From assembly GCA_963711565.1 (NCBI GenBank), contig CAVQEQ010000004.1:1408001-1472000 (forward strand): DNA of 64,000 nt. Direction: 5' to 3'. Below are positions 28,327-38,351 of the stretch, one piece after another. The stretch's first letter is position 1. The number at the start of each line of letters is the position of its first letter. The notes under the pieces were generated by a model. It was not told the DNA's origin and did not search any database. It was given only the letters and a program-made list of their open reading frames with translations. This stretch comes from an uncultured delta proteobacterium (GTDB lineage Bacteria > Desulfobacterota > Binatia > Binatales > Binataceae). The position numbers and the translations under genes are program-made.

Positions 28327-28940
28327 CGCGCAGTTCCGTTTTTCTCGAGGCTGTCGAGAAAGTTTTGCAACAGATGTTTGCCCTCGAAGGTCAGAATGGA
28401 TTCGGGATGAAACTGCACGCCTTCGACCGCGTGCTGTTTATGTCGGAGGCCCATGATTTCGTTTTCTGCCGTGCGGGCGCTGACTTCCAGCGCCGGCGGA
28501 ATCGACGCGGCGTCAACCAGCAACGAATGATAGCGCATCGCATCGAACGGGCTCGGAATTCCCGCGAAGATCGTTTTGCCGTCGTGGACTATCGGCGAGG
28601 TCTTGCCGTGCATCAGGCGACCCGCGCGCACGACCTTGCCGCCGAAGGCCTCGCCGATACATTGCAGGCCGAGGCATACGCCAAGAATCGGAACTTCGCC
28701 CGCCATCTCGCGCAGGAGGGTCAGCGAGATGCCGGCTTCAGTGGGGGTGCACGGTCCGGGCGAGATGACAATGGCGGTGGGATGAAGCGCGCGGATGCCG
28801 GCGACGTCGATGGCGTCGTTGCGCTTGACCGTCACGTCGGCGCCGAGCTCGCCGAGGTACTGTACGAGGTTGTAGGTAAACGAGTCGTAGTTATCGATCA
28901 TCAGGACTCGAATGTTTTCGTTGTGCGCCATGCGACTCAC
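28323..28940 (-). CDS. trpG: Anthranilate synthase component II (glutamine amidotransferase)
   Basis: [26 protein letters not shown] and GVQFHPES motifs; lies between trpE and trpD. Confidence 0.94.
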   Translation of the reverse strand: MSRMAHNENIRVLMIDNYDSFTYNLVQYLGELGADVTVKRNDAIDVAGIRALHPTAIVISPGPCTPTEAGISLTLLREMAGEVPILGVCLGLQCIGEAFGGKVVRAGRLMHGKTSPIVHDGKTIFAGIPSPFDAMRYHSLLVDAASIPPALEVSARTAENEIMGLRHKQHAVEGVQFHPESILTFEGKHLLQNFLDSLEKNGTAR

Positions 28941-30443
28941 CTCTTCGCCGCAACTTCGAATTCGCGCGCGGCCTGGAGCGCCCGCACCATCGCGCGAGCC
29001 TTGTTCACCGACTCATCGAATTCCGCGCCGGGGTCCGAGTCGGCGACGACGCCACCGCCGGCCTGGATGTAAACGCGATTGCCCTTTATGAGCAGCGTGC
29101 GCAGCGCGATCGCCGTGTCGGTGTTGCCGGTGTAACTGAAATAGCCGACGGCGCCGGCGTACACGCCACGCCGAACACTCTTCGAGCTCGTCGATAATTT
29201 CCATGGCGCGGATTTTCGGCGCGCCGGAGACGGTACCTTGCGGAAAGGTCGCCGCAAAAGCGTCGAACGCGTCGCATCCTTCGCGCAGCATGCCGGTGAT
29301 GTTCGACACGATGTGCATGACGTGCGAATAGCGCTCGACGACCATCAGCTCGGTCACGTTCACCGAGCCAATTTCAGAGACGCGGCCAACGTCGTTGCGC
29401 CCGAGGTCGACGAGCATCACATGCTCCGCGCGTTCTTTGGGATCGGCAAGCAGCTCGGCTTCGAGTTCGCGATCCTCGGCTTCGGTCACGCCGCGCCGGC
29501 GAGTGCCCGCGATCGGCCTCAGCGTGATCTCGCGGCCCTCGACGCGCACCATCACCTCGGGCGAGGCGCCGACCAGCGTCTGCTCGCCGAGGCGCAGGTA
29601 GAACATGTACGGCGACGGGTTAATCGTGCGCAGGCTGCGGTAGATGTTGAACGGATGCGCAGTCAGAGGCGCCTCGAAGCGCTGCGACGGCACCACCTGG
29701 ATAACGTCGCCGGCCGCGATGTATTCCTTCGCCGCGGAAACCATCGCCATGTAGCCTTCGCGCGTCATGTTCGAAGAGATAGACGCGTCGTTGATCGCGA
29801 CGTTGCTCGCGCCTTCGAGAGACGGCGGCACGGCGGGACGTTTGAGTCGTTCGATGATCTCGTCGATCTTAACGCGCGCACTTTGGTAGGCCATTTTGGT
29901 CGAGGCGAACTCCTCGATCGGCACGTTGGCGATAATTTTGAGCGTCTGGCGAACGTTGTCGAAACAAAGCACCGTGTCGGTGAACATCAGGTGGAAATCG
30001 GGCGTGCCGAGGTCGTCAACCGCGGTCTCGGGAATCTTCTCGAAGCATCGCACGATGTCGTAAGCGAGAAATCCGACGGCGCCGCCGAAGAAGCGCGGCA
30101 GGTTGGGCAGCTCGGGCGAGCGGAAGCGCTTGACCTCGGCGCGCAATTCTTCGAACGAGTTGGCGGCGGAGCGAACCTCGACGCCGCGGCCGGGGCGGAC
30201 GATGTCCATGCGGTTCTTGCGCGCGCGCATCACGAGGAAAGGATCGGAGCCGAGGAAAGTGTAGCGGCCCCATTTCTCGCCGCCGCGGACGCTTTCGAGC
30301 AGGAAGGCGTAGTCGCCGCGCGCGATTTTGAGAAAGGCGGAGACAGGAGTCTCGAGGTCCGCGGCGACCTCCTCGAAGACCGGGATGAGGTTGAATCCCT
30401 TCGCCGCCAGTTGATCGAATTCGTTTTCGCTCGGTTGCAACAT
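28937..30443 (-). CDS. trpE: Anthranilate synthase component I; frameshifted by one extra base at 29181-29182 (probable sequence error)
   Basis: [28 protein letters not shown] and GAPKIRAM motifs. Removing one A from CTC GAA GAG restores [16 protein letters not shown] and the C-terminal [10 protein letters not shown]. Confidence 0.95.
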
Positions 30444-30482
30444 CTCGTTTCCTCTCTCTTACTTCCGACTCCACCGCTCGCC

Positions 30483-30517
30483 AAAAAGAAAAGGGCCGCA
30501 GGTTCTGCCTGCGGCCC
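30483..30517 (-). terminator. Intrinsic terminator of the trp attenuator
   Basis: Minus strand reads GGGCCGCAGG-CAGAA-CCTGCGGCCC (perfect 10-bp stem) followed by TTTTCTTTTT, 40 nt upstream of trpE. Confidence 0.9.
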
Positions 30518-30543
30518 TATTGGGAAATCGGTTTTGCGATGAA

Positions 30544-30624
30544 TTACAAAGCCGGCGCGCAGGCGGGTGCATCGAGGTGCCAACGCCACCATCCCGCGCA
30601 AACATTTCGGCCCGTGAGGTCCAT
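30544..30624 (-). CDS. trpL: trp operon leader peptide MDLTGRNVCAGWWRWHLDAPACAPAL (26 aa)
   Basis: ATG 30624 to TAA 30544; TGG TGG CGT TGG at 30591-30580; immediately upstream of the terminator hairpin and trpE. Confidence 0.88.
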   Translation of the reverse strand: MDLTGRNVCAGWWRWHLDAPACAPAL

Positions 30625-30633
30625 CTTGGGTTA

Positions 30634-30662
30634 ATGATCCATGCGAGGCGGGCGATTGTCAA
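30634..30662 (-). promoter_or_regulatory. Sigma70-type promoter of the trp operon
   Basis: Minus-strand TTGACA (30662-30657), 17-nt spacer, GATCAT -10, then 9 nt to the trpL ATG. Confidence 0.65.
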
Positions 30663-30718
30663 CCGGGTGTGTTGACGGAATGAATTTCCATTGCATCGAC
30701 GGAATAAATTCCGTCCTA

Positions 30719-31390
30719 CTAGTGCGAAGTCGTGTAGGCCTGCTTGTATTGCTCGCGGAGGCGGTCTTGCGCGGCGGTCGCTTCGTCGGCGCTGGCGTAG
30801 GGGCCGATGCGGACGCGGTACCAGGTCTCGCCGTTAAGCGCGACTTTCGTTTCCTGCGCGTTGTAGCCGAGCGCCTTCAGCCGCGAGACCATCTCGTCCG
30901 CCCCGCTCTTGTCCATCACGGCTTCTATCTGAATGTTGTACGGCTTCGCGCCGGGAGGAAGAGCGCGCGGCGGCGCTGCGGGAGCCGAGGCAGTGTCAGA
31001 ATCGTCATCGGTATCTTCGTCAGATGAAGGCGGACTGACCGCGGGCGCTTCGGGCGGTTTCATGCGCGCGACGGTGGCAGGCGACGTGCGCGCAGCTGGG
31101 GGTACCTCGCCGATGGCGGGCTCGCTCGGTCTGACCGGCGCGGGCGGCGGAACTGACGCAGACTCAGCCGATGGTGAAGCGACCGCCGCGGAAGACATCT
31201 CGGATACGGGCGGGGGCTTTTCGGGTGGATTCGGCAGCGGGTAGACCGACGAGATTTGATTCAGGTCGGGTTGGTTCTGCCGGGCCATCTCGTAGCCCCC
31301 GACCAATCCCAGCAAGAACACCGCGCCCGACAGCCCGACCAGGCCGAGCAAAATTAGAAAGCCGCCGCCCGCCTTGATTTCGAATCGCAT
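30719..31390 (-). CDS. SPOR domain cell-division protein (FtsN/DedD-like)
   Basis: N-terminal TM helix, Pro-rich linker, C-terminal YNIQI...WYRVRIGPY SPOR domain; conserved position after argS. Confidence 0.85.
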   Translation of the reverse strand: MRFEIKAGGGFLILLGLVGLSGAVFLLGLVGGYEMARQNQPDLNQISSVYPLPNPPEKPPPVSEMSSAAVASPSAESASVPPPAPVRPSEPAIGEVPPAARTSPATVARMKPPEAPAVSPPSSDEDTDDDSDTASAPAAPPRALPPGAKPYNIQIEAVMDKSGADEMVSRLKALGYNAQETKVALNGETWYRVRIGPYASADEATAAQDRLREQYKQAYTTSH

Positions 31391-31397
31391 CCCGCCC

Positions 31398-33074
31398 TCA
31401 CATCCGCTCTGGAGCGCTCACGCCGAGCAACTCGAGTCCGCCCGCAATCGCATCTCTAAGAATCCGCGCCATGTACATCCGCGCCAAACTGAGCTCGCGA
31501 TCCGGTCCGATTATACGATTCGCGGGCTTGTTGTAGTAGCGATGGAACTCACCCGCCAGGTCGAGCAGATAGAAGGGAATCCGATGGGGTTCGAGCGCCT
31601 CGGCCGCCGCGGACATGACGTCGGGGAGCGCAATCGCACGCTTGGCGAGATAGAGTTCCTCGGCCCCGAGCAGATTTAGATCGATCGCCGACGTGTCCGC
31701 GGGCAACGCCAGCTCTTTCGCCGCGCCCTCGCGAAAAATGCTCGCCAGGCGCGCGTGCGCGTACTGCACGTAGAAGACGGGATTCTCGGGTGCCTGCTTC
31801 TTTGCCAGCTCGAGATCGAAATCGAGCTGGCTGTCGGACTTGCGGAACAGAAAGAAAAATCGCACAACGTCGGCGCCGACCTCGTCGATCAACTCGTCGA
31901 GCGTGACGTAGGTCGCCTTGCGCGTGGACATTTTAACTTTTTCACCAGCGCGCGTGAGCGTGACGAACTGGTAAATGATCGCACGGAATGGAGTGATGTC
32001 GTAGCCGAGCGCCTTGACGGCGGCGACGACCTCCTGGTGCTCGGCGATGTGATCGGCGCCGAAGACGCCTACGATCAGATCAAAACCGCGCTTGAGCTTC
32101 TCGATGTGGTAGGCGATGTCGGGCGTGCGATATGTCGGCTGCTTGTCGGCATCGGAGCGCACCAGCACGGCGTCCTTGGGAAGTCCGAGCGGCTCGCCCC
32201 GCAGCCAGATCGCGCCGTCCATTTCGACGGTGAGACCGGCGTCGTGCAGCGCCTTCAAGACCGCGTCGACCTTTCCCGAATTGAAGAGATCGAGCTCATT
32301 GGTGAAGACGTCGAAGCGGATTCCAAGCCGCGTACAGGTCTGGTTGATGTCGGCGAAGATGGCTTTCACAGCCACCGAGCGGAATATCTCGAGATCGGTG
32401 ACGGATACCAGCGAATCGCTCCGCTCCGCTTTCAGAGCGCGCGCGATATCGACGATGTACTCGCCCTGGTAGCCATCCTCGGGCATCACCGCGTCGATGC
32501 CGTGCGCTTGCAGATAGCGCACGCGGACCGACTCACCGAGCAACTTCATCTGGCGGCCGCCGTCGTTGAAATAATACTCGCGCGTCACGTCGAAGCCGGC
32601 CGCTTCGTGCAGGCGCGCGATCGTATCGCCGAGCACGGCGTTGCGGCCATGGCCGACGGTGACCGGACCGGTGGGATTCGCGGAGAGAAACTCAACCTGG
32701 ACTTTCTTCCCGGCGCCCGGACGCAGCTCCCACGCCGCTGGTTTCCAGAACGCGCGGCCCGCGCTCGCAGCCCGACGCATCTCGGAATGCCAATAGGCGG
32801 GAGCCATTTTGAAATTGATAAAGCCCGGACCGGCGACTGAAACCTCGCTAACTTCCGCCGGCAGCGTGACGTGCGACTTGATTATCGCCGCGATCGCTCG
32901 CGGCGCTTTGCGTTCGGGTTTTGCAAGAGTCAGCGCGACGTTCGAGGCAACGTCACCGTGAGCGGAGTCGCGCGGCGCTTCGATTCCGATCGAGGCAATT
33001 TCGGTGGTCAACTGACCCGCGGCGCGCGCCCGCCCGATTGCGTCGCGAAGGATGGAGACGATCAGTTCTTTCAT
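31398..33074 (-). CDS. argS: Arginine--tRNA ligase
   Basis: HGDVASN, AGPGFINF, EFLSANPTGPVTVGHGR, GADH, KMSTR and NPVFYVQYAHAR motifs; start placed at ATG 33074. Confidence 0.96.
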   Translation of the reverse strand: MKELIVSILRDAIGRARAAGQLTTEIASIGIEAPRDSAHGDVASNVALTLAKPERKAPRAIAAIIKSHVTLPAEVSEVSVAGPGFINFKMAPAYWHSEMRRAASAGRAFWKPAAWELRPGAGKKVQVEFLSANPTGPVTVGHGRNAVLGDTIARLHEAAGFDVTREYYFNDGGRQMKLLGESVRVRYLQAHGIDAVMPEDGYQGEYIVDIARALKAERSDSLVSVTDLEIFRSVAVKAIFADINQTCTRLGIRFDVFTNELDLFNSGKVDAVLKALHDAGLTVEMDGAIWLRGEPLGLPKDAVLVRSDADKQPTYRTPDIAYHIEKLKRGFDLIVGVFGADHIAEHQEVVAAVKALGYDITPFRAIIYQFVTLTRAGEKVKMSTRKATYVTLDELIDEVGADVVRFFFLFRKSDSQLDFDLELAKKQAPENPVFYVQYAHARLASIFREGAAKELALPADTSAIDLNLLGAEELYLAKRAIALPDVMSAAAEALEPHRIPFYLLDLAGEFHRYYNKPANRIIGPDRELSLARMYMARILRDAIAGGLELLGVSAPERM

Positions 33075-33203
33075 CGTTGAAGCCGTAGGTGCGTGCCGCA
33101 ATCGTGTCAGATAGACGCGGTCATGTTAAGGCGGGGTGACGCTCAGCGCGGGAGTTAGTCACTTTATTGAATGTGAAACCCGCCAGGGTTTCACGCTTCC
33201 TTG

Positions 33204-33228
33204 GGCAGGGGTGACCCCTGCACCCAGT
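33204..33228. repeat. Short palindromic repeat GGCAGGGGTGACCCCTGCAC(C/T)CAGT, copy 1
   Basis: 24/25 identical to 59920-59944; preceded by a second hairpin GTGAAACCC-GCCA-GGGTTTCAC. Confidence 0.75.
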
Positions 33229-33243
33229 AAGAGGAAAAGAGGC

Positions 33244-33693
33244 TTAGTCCTTTTTCCTGGTCCACGCGGGGTCGCTGTTGAGAGTTGGGTAGCCGGATCC
33301 TAACTGAATCAGGACGCCGTGCGAGGAGCGCGGCGAGATGAACGACTCGAAACTGGTTGGCGACCATTCGTGCTCGTCAACGATGCGCACGCCCTGCTCT
33401 TTCAGCTCGGCGGTTTTGCCTTTGCAGTCCGGCACGTTGAACGTCAGATGATGCATCCCCTCGCCGCGCTTTTCGAGAAACTTGTGCAGGAACGAATTCG
33501 CGCCGAGCGGCTCCAGCAGCTCGATTGACAACCCGCTGAGATCGAGCGCGGCGAGCTTGTAGCCGGCCGCTTCGTTGGCGGCCTCGAATACAAAGCTGGC
33601 GCCGAGGACGCCTTCGAAGAACTTGCGCGCCTCGGCGACGCTCTTAACCGCGATTCCGATGTGATCGAGTTTGCCGATTGGTGAATTTGCCAT
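33244..33693 (-). CDS. VOC family protein, methylmalonyl-CoA epimerase-like
   Basis: LDHIGIAV, IELLEP, KFLEKRGEGMHHL and HGVLIQL motifs. Confidence 0.82.
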   Translation of the reverse strand: MANSPIGKLDHIGIAVKSVAEARKFFEGVLGASFVFEAANEAAGYKLAALDLSGLSIELLEPLGANSFLHKFLEKRGEGMHHLTFNVPDCKGKTAELKEQGVRIVDEHEWSPTSFESFISPRSSHGVLIQLGSGYPTLNSDPAWTRKKD

Positions 33694-33758
33694 CGCTCCC
33701 TTCTCACTGTCTCCAGATCGATTGACGTGAAGTCGAATATGATCGAATAGAGATAGCT

Positions 33759-34253
33759 ATGCCAGCGACGCAATGGAAAATACCGCCGCTCATCAAGGCC
33801 TACGAGGCGCTCGGCGCGATTGGCGACGGCCGCGTGCGAATCGAAGACGACCGGCGCGCGACCGTGACCTCGTCGGACGGGTCGAAGAAATACGAAGTTG
33901 AGATGTCGGCGGACGGGCGCGAGATCGCGTCCAATGACAACGCGTCTTACTGGCAGGGTTACGTCGGCTATCCCGCGATCGCGGTGCTGATCGCGCGCGG
34001 ACTTTATCGTCCGCCGGCAAACGTCACTGACGCGCTGGCGGGAGTGGCGTGGAAGGAACTCAATCGCAAGTACAAAAACGACTTGGCGAAGACGATCGCG
34101 GATGTCGATCAGGAGCTGGAGCAAGGCGGGCACGATCCCGACGCGGTGAGATCGGAAGCTGAGGCCGTACTGACTTTTCTTCGCGCGCTGAAACCCGTGC
34201 GCGGCAAGCGCAGCCGCCCGCCGGCGGAGAAGCCCGCCGTCAAGCTTCGCTAG
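33759..34253 (+). CDS. Conserved hypothetical protein
   Basis: Host-like codon usage; protein-like blocks YEALGAIGDGR, VTSSDGSKKYEV and SNDNASYWQGYVGYPAIA. Confidence 0.7.
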   Translation: MPATQWKIPPLIKAYEALGAIGDGRVRIEDDRRATVTSSDGSKKYEVEMSADGREIASNDNASYWQGYVGYPAIAVLIARGLYRPPANVTDALAGVAWKELNRKYKNDLAKTIADVDQELEQGGHDPDAVRSEAEAVLTFLRALKPVRGKRSRPPAEKPAVKLR

Positions 34254-34579
34254 CTACAGGTACCGCTCACAGACACGTTGTACGACTGGACGATTAAGAA
34301 ATCGCGCATGGTGAGTTCCGTCGTCACTCCCGAGACTCTGCCGGTGGCGCAGTTGCTCAGCAGGTTGGCGAGCGCGGTCTGCGTCAGCCCTTGCGGGGCA
34401 ATGAGATGAAGGTAGCCGAGGTCGCTGGCGCTCGCGCTGATTGGATTGCCGGGACCGCCCTTGTCGGAGATCGTGCTCGTTTGAATGAAGACGCATCCGC
34501 AGGTCTGCGCGCATCCCGCAAGCATCGCGGCAAGGGCGATCGATTGGAGCAGTTTCATCGCAGCGATGGTAGTGCGCAT
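34250..34579 (-). CDS. Small putative lipoprotein
   Basis: Lipobox LAGC after a hydrophobic stretch; further Cys residues including a C-terminal SGTCS. Confidence 0.6.
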   Translation of the reverse strand: MRTTIAAMKLLQSIALAAMLAGCAQTCGCVFIQTSTISDKGGPGNPISASASDLGYLHLIAPQGLTQTALANLLSNCATGRVSGVTTELTMRDFLIVQSYNVSVSGTCS

Positions 34580-34672
34580 CGCGAAATTGAGTCAATCGAG
34601 CGCGCGCGAATGCTGTTGCGCGATCAAGCAAGATGCTAGCGTGGCGAAATTCGCGGTGGGACGGGGGCTTCG

Positions 34673-35314
34673 ATGGCGAACGGGACTGGCGGCTCGATCA
34701 CATCTTTCTTCACGATATGGACAGAGCCGCGCGCGACGATTCGGCGCATCGTCGATACCGAGCCGACGCGCCACGTAATCGCGCTCGCGGCGATCGGGCC
34801 CGCGATTGGCGCGCTGGCGCGTCAGTGGTCGAAGGCGCTGGACAGCAACGCCCATCTGTCGGTGCTATGGCCGATAGAGGTCGCACTCACCGTCGTATTC
34901 GCGGCGGCCCTTGGCGTTATCTCTCTGTACATTTCCGGCGTGATTTTGAGATGGTCGGGAGGCCTGCTGGGCGGCGTCGCGAGCCGAGTCGAAGTGCGCG
35001 CGGCGATTGCCTGGTCGCAAGTGCCTGCAATCGCCGGTGAGATCGTGCTGCTGATCGCCGTCCTGAGCGGTATTCCGATACCGCATGCGACGCCGGGATC
35101 GATACTGGAAATCGATCCCGCGTTTTACAAGGTTGCCGTCGTTGAAGGGGTGCTCAGCCTCTGGGGAGGAATCGTCGCGCTGTACTGTCTTGCCGAGGTA
35201 CATCGATTCTCGGCGTGGCGCGCGCTTTGTACGACCCTGATCCCGGCGTTGATCGCGATGATCGTCCTGGGATTCGGCGTCTTTGTAGTCTACTCACTAA
35301 TCGGACATCACTGA
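34673..35314 (+). CDS. Yip1 family membrane protein
   Basis: IWTEPRATIRRIV, GGLLGG, VRAAIAWS and AEVHRFSAWRAL motifs; about 5 TM helices. Confidence 0.82.
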   Translation: MANGTGGSITSFFTIWTEPRATIRRIVDTEPTRHVIALAAIGPAIGALARQWSKALDSNAHLSVLWPIEVALTVVFAAALGVISLYISGVILRWSGGLLGGVASRVEVRAAIAWSQVPAIAGEIVLLIAVLSGIPIPHATPGSILEIDPAFYKVAVVEGVLSLWGGIVALYCLAEVHRFSAWRALCTTLIPALIAMIVLGFGVFVVYSLIGHH

Positions 35315-35318
35315 TCGA

Positions 35319-37489
35319 TCAGTCCACGTGTAACCGCGCTGCCAGCCGCGAGAAGCGAAGGCGCTCGTCCTGGTTGCGCACCGCCTGCTGCAACGCGCCC
35401 TTCGTCCCGACCAGCACGCATACACGCTCGGCGCGCGTGATCGCCGTATAGAGCAGATTGCGGCGCAGCATCAGGTAGTGGCTCGAATGTATCGGCATCA
35501 CGATCGCGGGATACTGGCTGCCCTGGCTCTTGTGCACCGAGATGGCGTAGGCGAGCGCGAGTTCGTCGAGCTCCGACAGATCGTATTCGGCGTGCGTCTC
35601 CTCGAACACGACGCTGAGGCGCGCCTTATCGGTGTCGATCGCGAGAATCCTCCCGATCGAGCCGTTGAAGACGCCCTTGTCGTAATTGTTGCGCAACTGG
35701 ATGACGCGATCCCCCTCTCGAAACGTCCGGTCGCCAGAGCGGATTTCGCGGCCTACTGGATTCAGCAAAGCTTGCAACTCGCGATTTAGAATGTGCGTGC
35801 CGAGCGGGCCGCGATTCATCGGGGTCAGCACTTGGATATCGCGCGGATCGTTGATGCCGAAGCGTCCAATCAGGCGCTGCTGCAAGAGCTGCTTGATCGT
35901 CGCGAGCACGTCCTCGGCGGCGTTGCGCTCGAAGAAGAAGAAGTCGCCTTCGGCGTCGTTGGAGAGTTGCGGGAACTCGCCGCGATTCAGGCGATGAGCG
36001 TTGGCGACGATCAAGCTGCGGCGCGCCTGCCGGTAAACCTCCTTCAACTGCACCACCGGCACGAAGCCGGACGCGATCACGTCCTTGAGCACACTGCCGG
36101 GACCGACCGACGGCAGTTGATCGCGATCGCCGACCAGCAACAGCGAGCAGTTCGGCATCAGCGCGGACAGCAGGCTGGAGGCGAGCTCGACATCCATCAT
36201 CGAGGCCTCGTCGATGATCAGATAATTGGTGCGGAGCGGAAAATTCTTGCCGCGGATGAATCCGCCGCTCTGCGGATCGTATTCGAGCAGTCGGTGAATC
36301 GTCTGCGCATCGCGGCCCGCGGCGTCCTGGAGCCGGCGAGCGGCGCGTCCGGTCGGCGCGGCGAGCGTGGGCTTCAAACCAACGTCGGCGAGCGCGACCA
36401 GCAGCGAGCGCAGCAAAGTCGTCTTGCCAGTGCCGGGACCGCCGGTGATTACAGTGACGCAGCTCGCCAGCGCGCATCGCAGCGCGCTCTTTTGTTCGGC
36501 TGAAAGCTCCAGTTCAGACGATTTGATCGCGGCCGTGACCGCGCGATCGATCAGCTCTTTGTTCATCGCGCGGCCCGCGCTCAATTCCGCGATTCGCGCG
36601 GCGACGTTCACTTCCGCCTCGTGCAGGCGCGCGAGGTAAATCGCGATGTGGTCGTCCGCTTCTTCCGCGATCACCTCGCCGCCGGCGGCGAGCTCGTTGA
36701 CGGCGTCGTGCGCGAGGTCAGGGTCCATCTCGAGTGCGGTGCGGAACTGCCCTTCGAGATACTCGAACGGCGAATAGACGTGACCCTCGTCGGACATGCG
36801 TTCGAGGATGTAGAGGACGGCGGCGCGCGCGCGCTGGATCGAGTTGCGCGGGATACCGAGTTTCTCCGCGATGGCGTCGGCGGTGCGAAAGCCGATGCCG
36901 TGAATCGTGTGTGCGAGCACGTACGGGTCACGCTTGACAACGTCGAGCGCGTCCTTGCCGTAGAACTTGTGGATGCGCCGTGCGTGCGTCGCCGCCAGTC
37001 CGTGGCCGCGCAGAAAGACGGTCAGCTCGCGCAGGCCCGACGCGTCGCGCCAGGTCGTCGCGATCAGGCGCGCAACCGCGGCGCTGATGCCTGAGACCTC
37101 GCGCATGCGTTCGGGCGCGTTGTCGAGCACTTCGCCGAGCGTGTCGCCGAAATGCTCCGAGATTCGCCGCGCGAGCCTTGGGCCGATACCTTTTATTTCG
37201 GAAGCGAGGTAGCGCTCTATCGCTACGGCGCCGGCGGCCGCAGCGTTTCGAAATCGACTACGTGGAACTGCTCGCCATAGGTCTTGTGCTGCTCGAAGCC
37301 GCCGAGCGCTCGAATGGTCGAACCGACTTCGAGACCGGCTAGATTGCCGACGACGGTGACGCGGCGGAAGTCGCCATGCTCCTGAGGCACGACTACGATG
37401 GCGACCGAGTAGCCGCTCTTGTCGTTGACGAACAAGACTTGGTCGAGGATGCCTTCGAGCGTCTCGTTCGCTTGAACCGCTTGTGCCAC
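35319..37489 (-). CDS. recD2: ATP-dependent RecD-like helicase RecD2; frameshifted by a missing base near 37236 (probable sequence error)
   Basis: N-terminal part (37223-37489, HKTYGEQF) continues in another frame as IERYLASEIKGIGP; GGPGTGKTT, APTGRAA, IIDEASM, QLPSVGPG and HKSQGSQY motifs. Confidence 0.92.
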
Positions 37490-37987
37490 GGCAAGAGGAT
37501 TACGTGCCGCGAGCCCCGCGTCCAGTTGATGGGGACGCGAGCATCAACAGGCGCGCTTGCGATCGTCGAGAACTCCGTCGATTAGGTCGAGAGCGACGTC
37601 GGTGTCGCCCTCGGCGGCACGCATTTTAAGACAGCATATAAGCGTCTTCCTGGCGAAAATGAGGAGCAGGGCTGCCGAAATTGCGACTGGTCGGTTCGAC
37701 GAAGGGTGTAAAGTCATACCACATGTTGTGGTTCAATGATGCGCACGACCATCGGTAGCTTCGTTCCGTCAAATTTCGTGGTTCGAAAATAATCTTGCCG
37801 AGGCGTCGGGCGAGCGCGGAATATTTTTGGGTTGACCATGCTGAATGACGTAGCACGTTTCGCGCGCGGCCGTCAGGCTGAACAGTTCATCCCTGAACTC
37901 GGATAGCAGATTCCGGCGAGCGGTGGCTTATCGCAGATGTGGAGAACGAACCTTGGATCACCGACGCAGGCACTTGTCGCGCAAGGT

Positions 37988-38017
37988 TTGACAATATGTC
38001 GCGTATCGCGCTACATT
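37988..38017 (+). promoter_or_regulatory. higBA promoter with overlapping palindromic operator
   Basis: TTGACA (37988) - 18 nt - TACATT (38012); imperfect inverted repeat TGTCGCG-N5-CGCTACA (37997-38015); GTG start 10 nt later with no SD. Confidence 0.65.
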
Positions 38018-38027
38018 CAAATCATCC

Positions 38028-38303
38028 GTGATTAAGAGCTTCCGCCACAAGGGACTCAAGGAACTCTTCGAAACGGGTGGCAGCGCCGCAATCCCGCCCC
38101 AACTCAGGAGACGCTGCGCGACGATGTTGGAAGTAATCGATGAAGCCGAAAATCTGATCGACTTGTCCGGTCCAGGCTACAGAACTCATCCGCTGAACAC
38201 GAATCCGCAACGCTATGCGATGGCAGTCAATGGACCGTGGCGCATCACCTTCGAATTCGACAATGGCAGCGCTCTTAGAATCGATCTAGAGCAATACCAT
38301 TGA
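38028..38303 (+). CDS. higB: Type II TA toxin HigB (RelE/ParE superfamily)
   Basis: MIKSFRHKGLKELFETG...PGY..HPL...VNGPWRITFEF...DLEQYH; toxin-first gene order. Confidence 0.9.
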   Translation: MIKSFRHKGLKELFETGGSAAIPPQLRRRCATMLEVIDEAENLIDLSGPGYRTHPLNTNPQRYAMAVNGPWRITFEFDNGSALRIDLEQYH

Positions 38304-38351
38304 CGTATCCAAACCCATTGTTACAAATCAGATGAGGATGGGAGTTCGGCT

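Noticed and set aside
30459-30662. 67-aa ORF (and the overlapping 123-aa ORF at 30230-30601) in the trp leader region
   Set aside because: They run through the promoter and terminator; the 26-aa WWRW frame fits the attenuator geometry.
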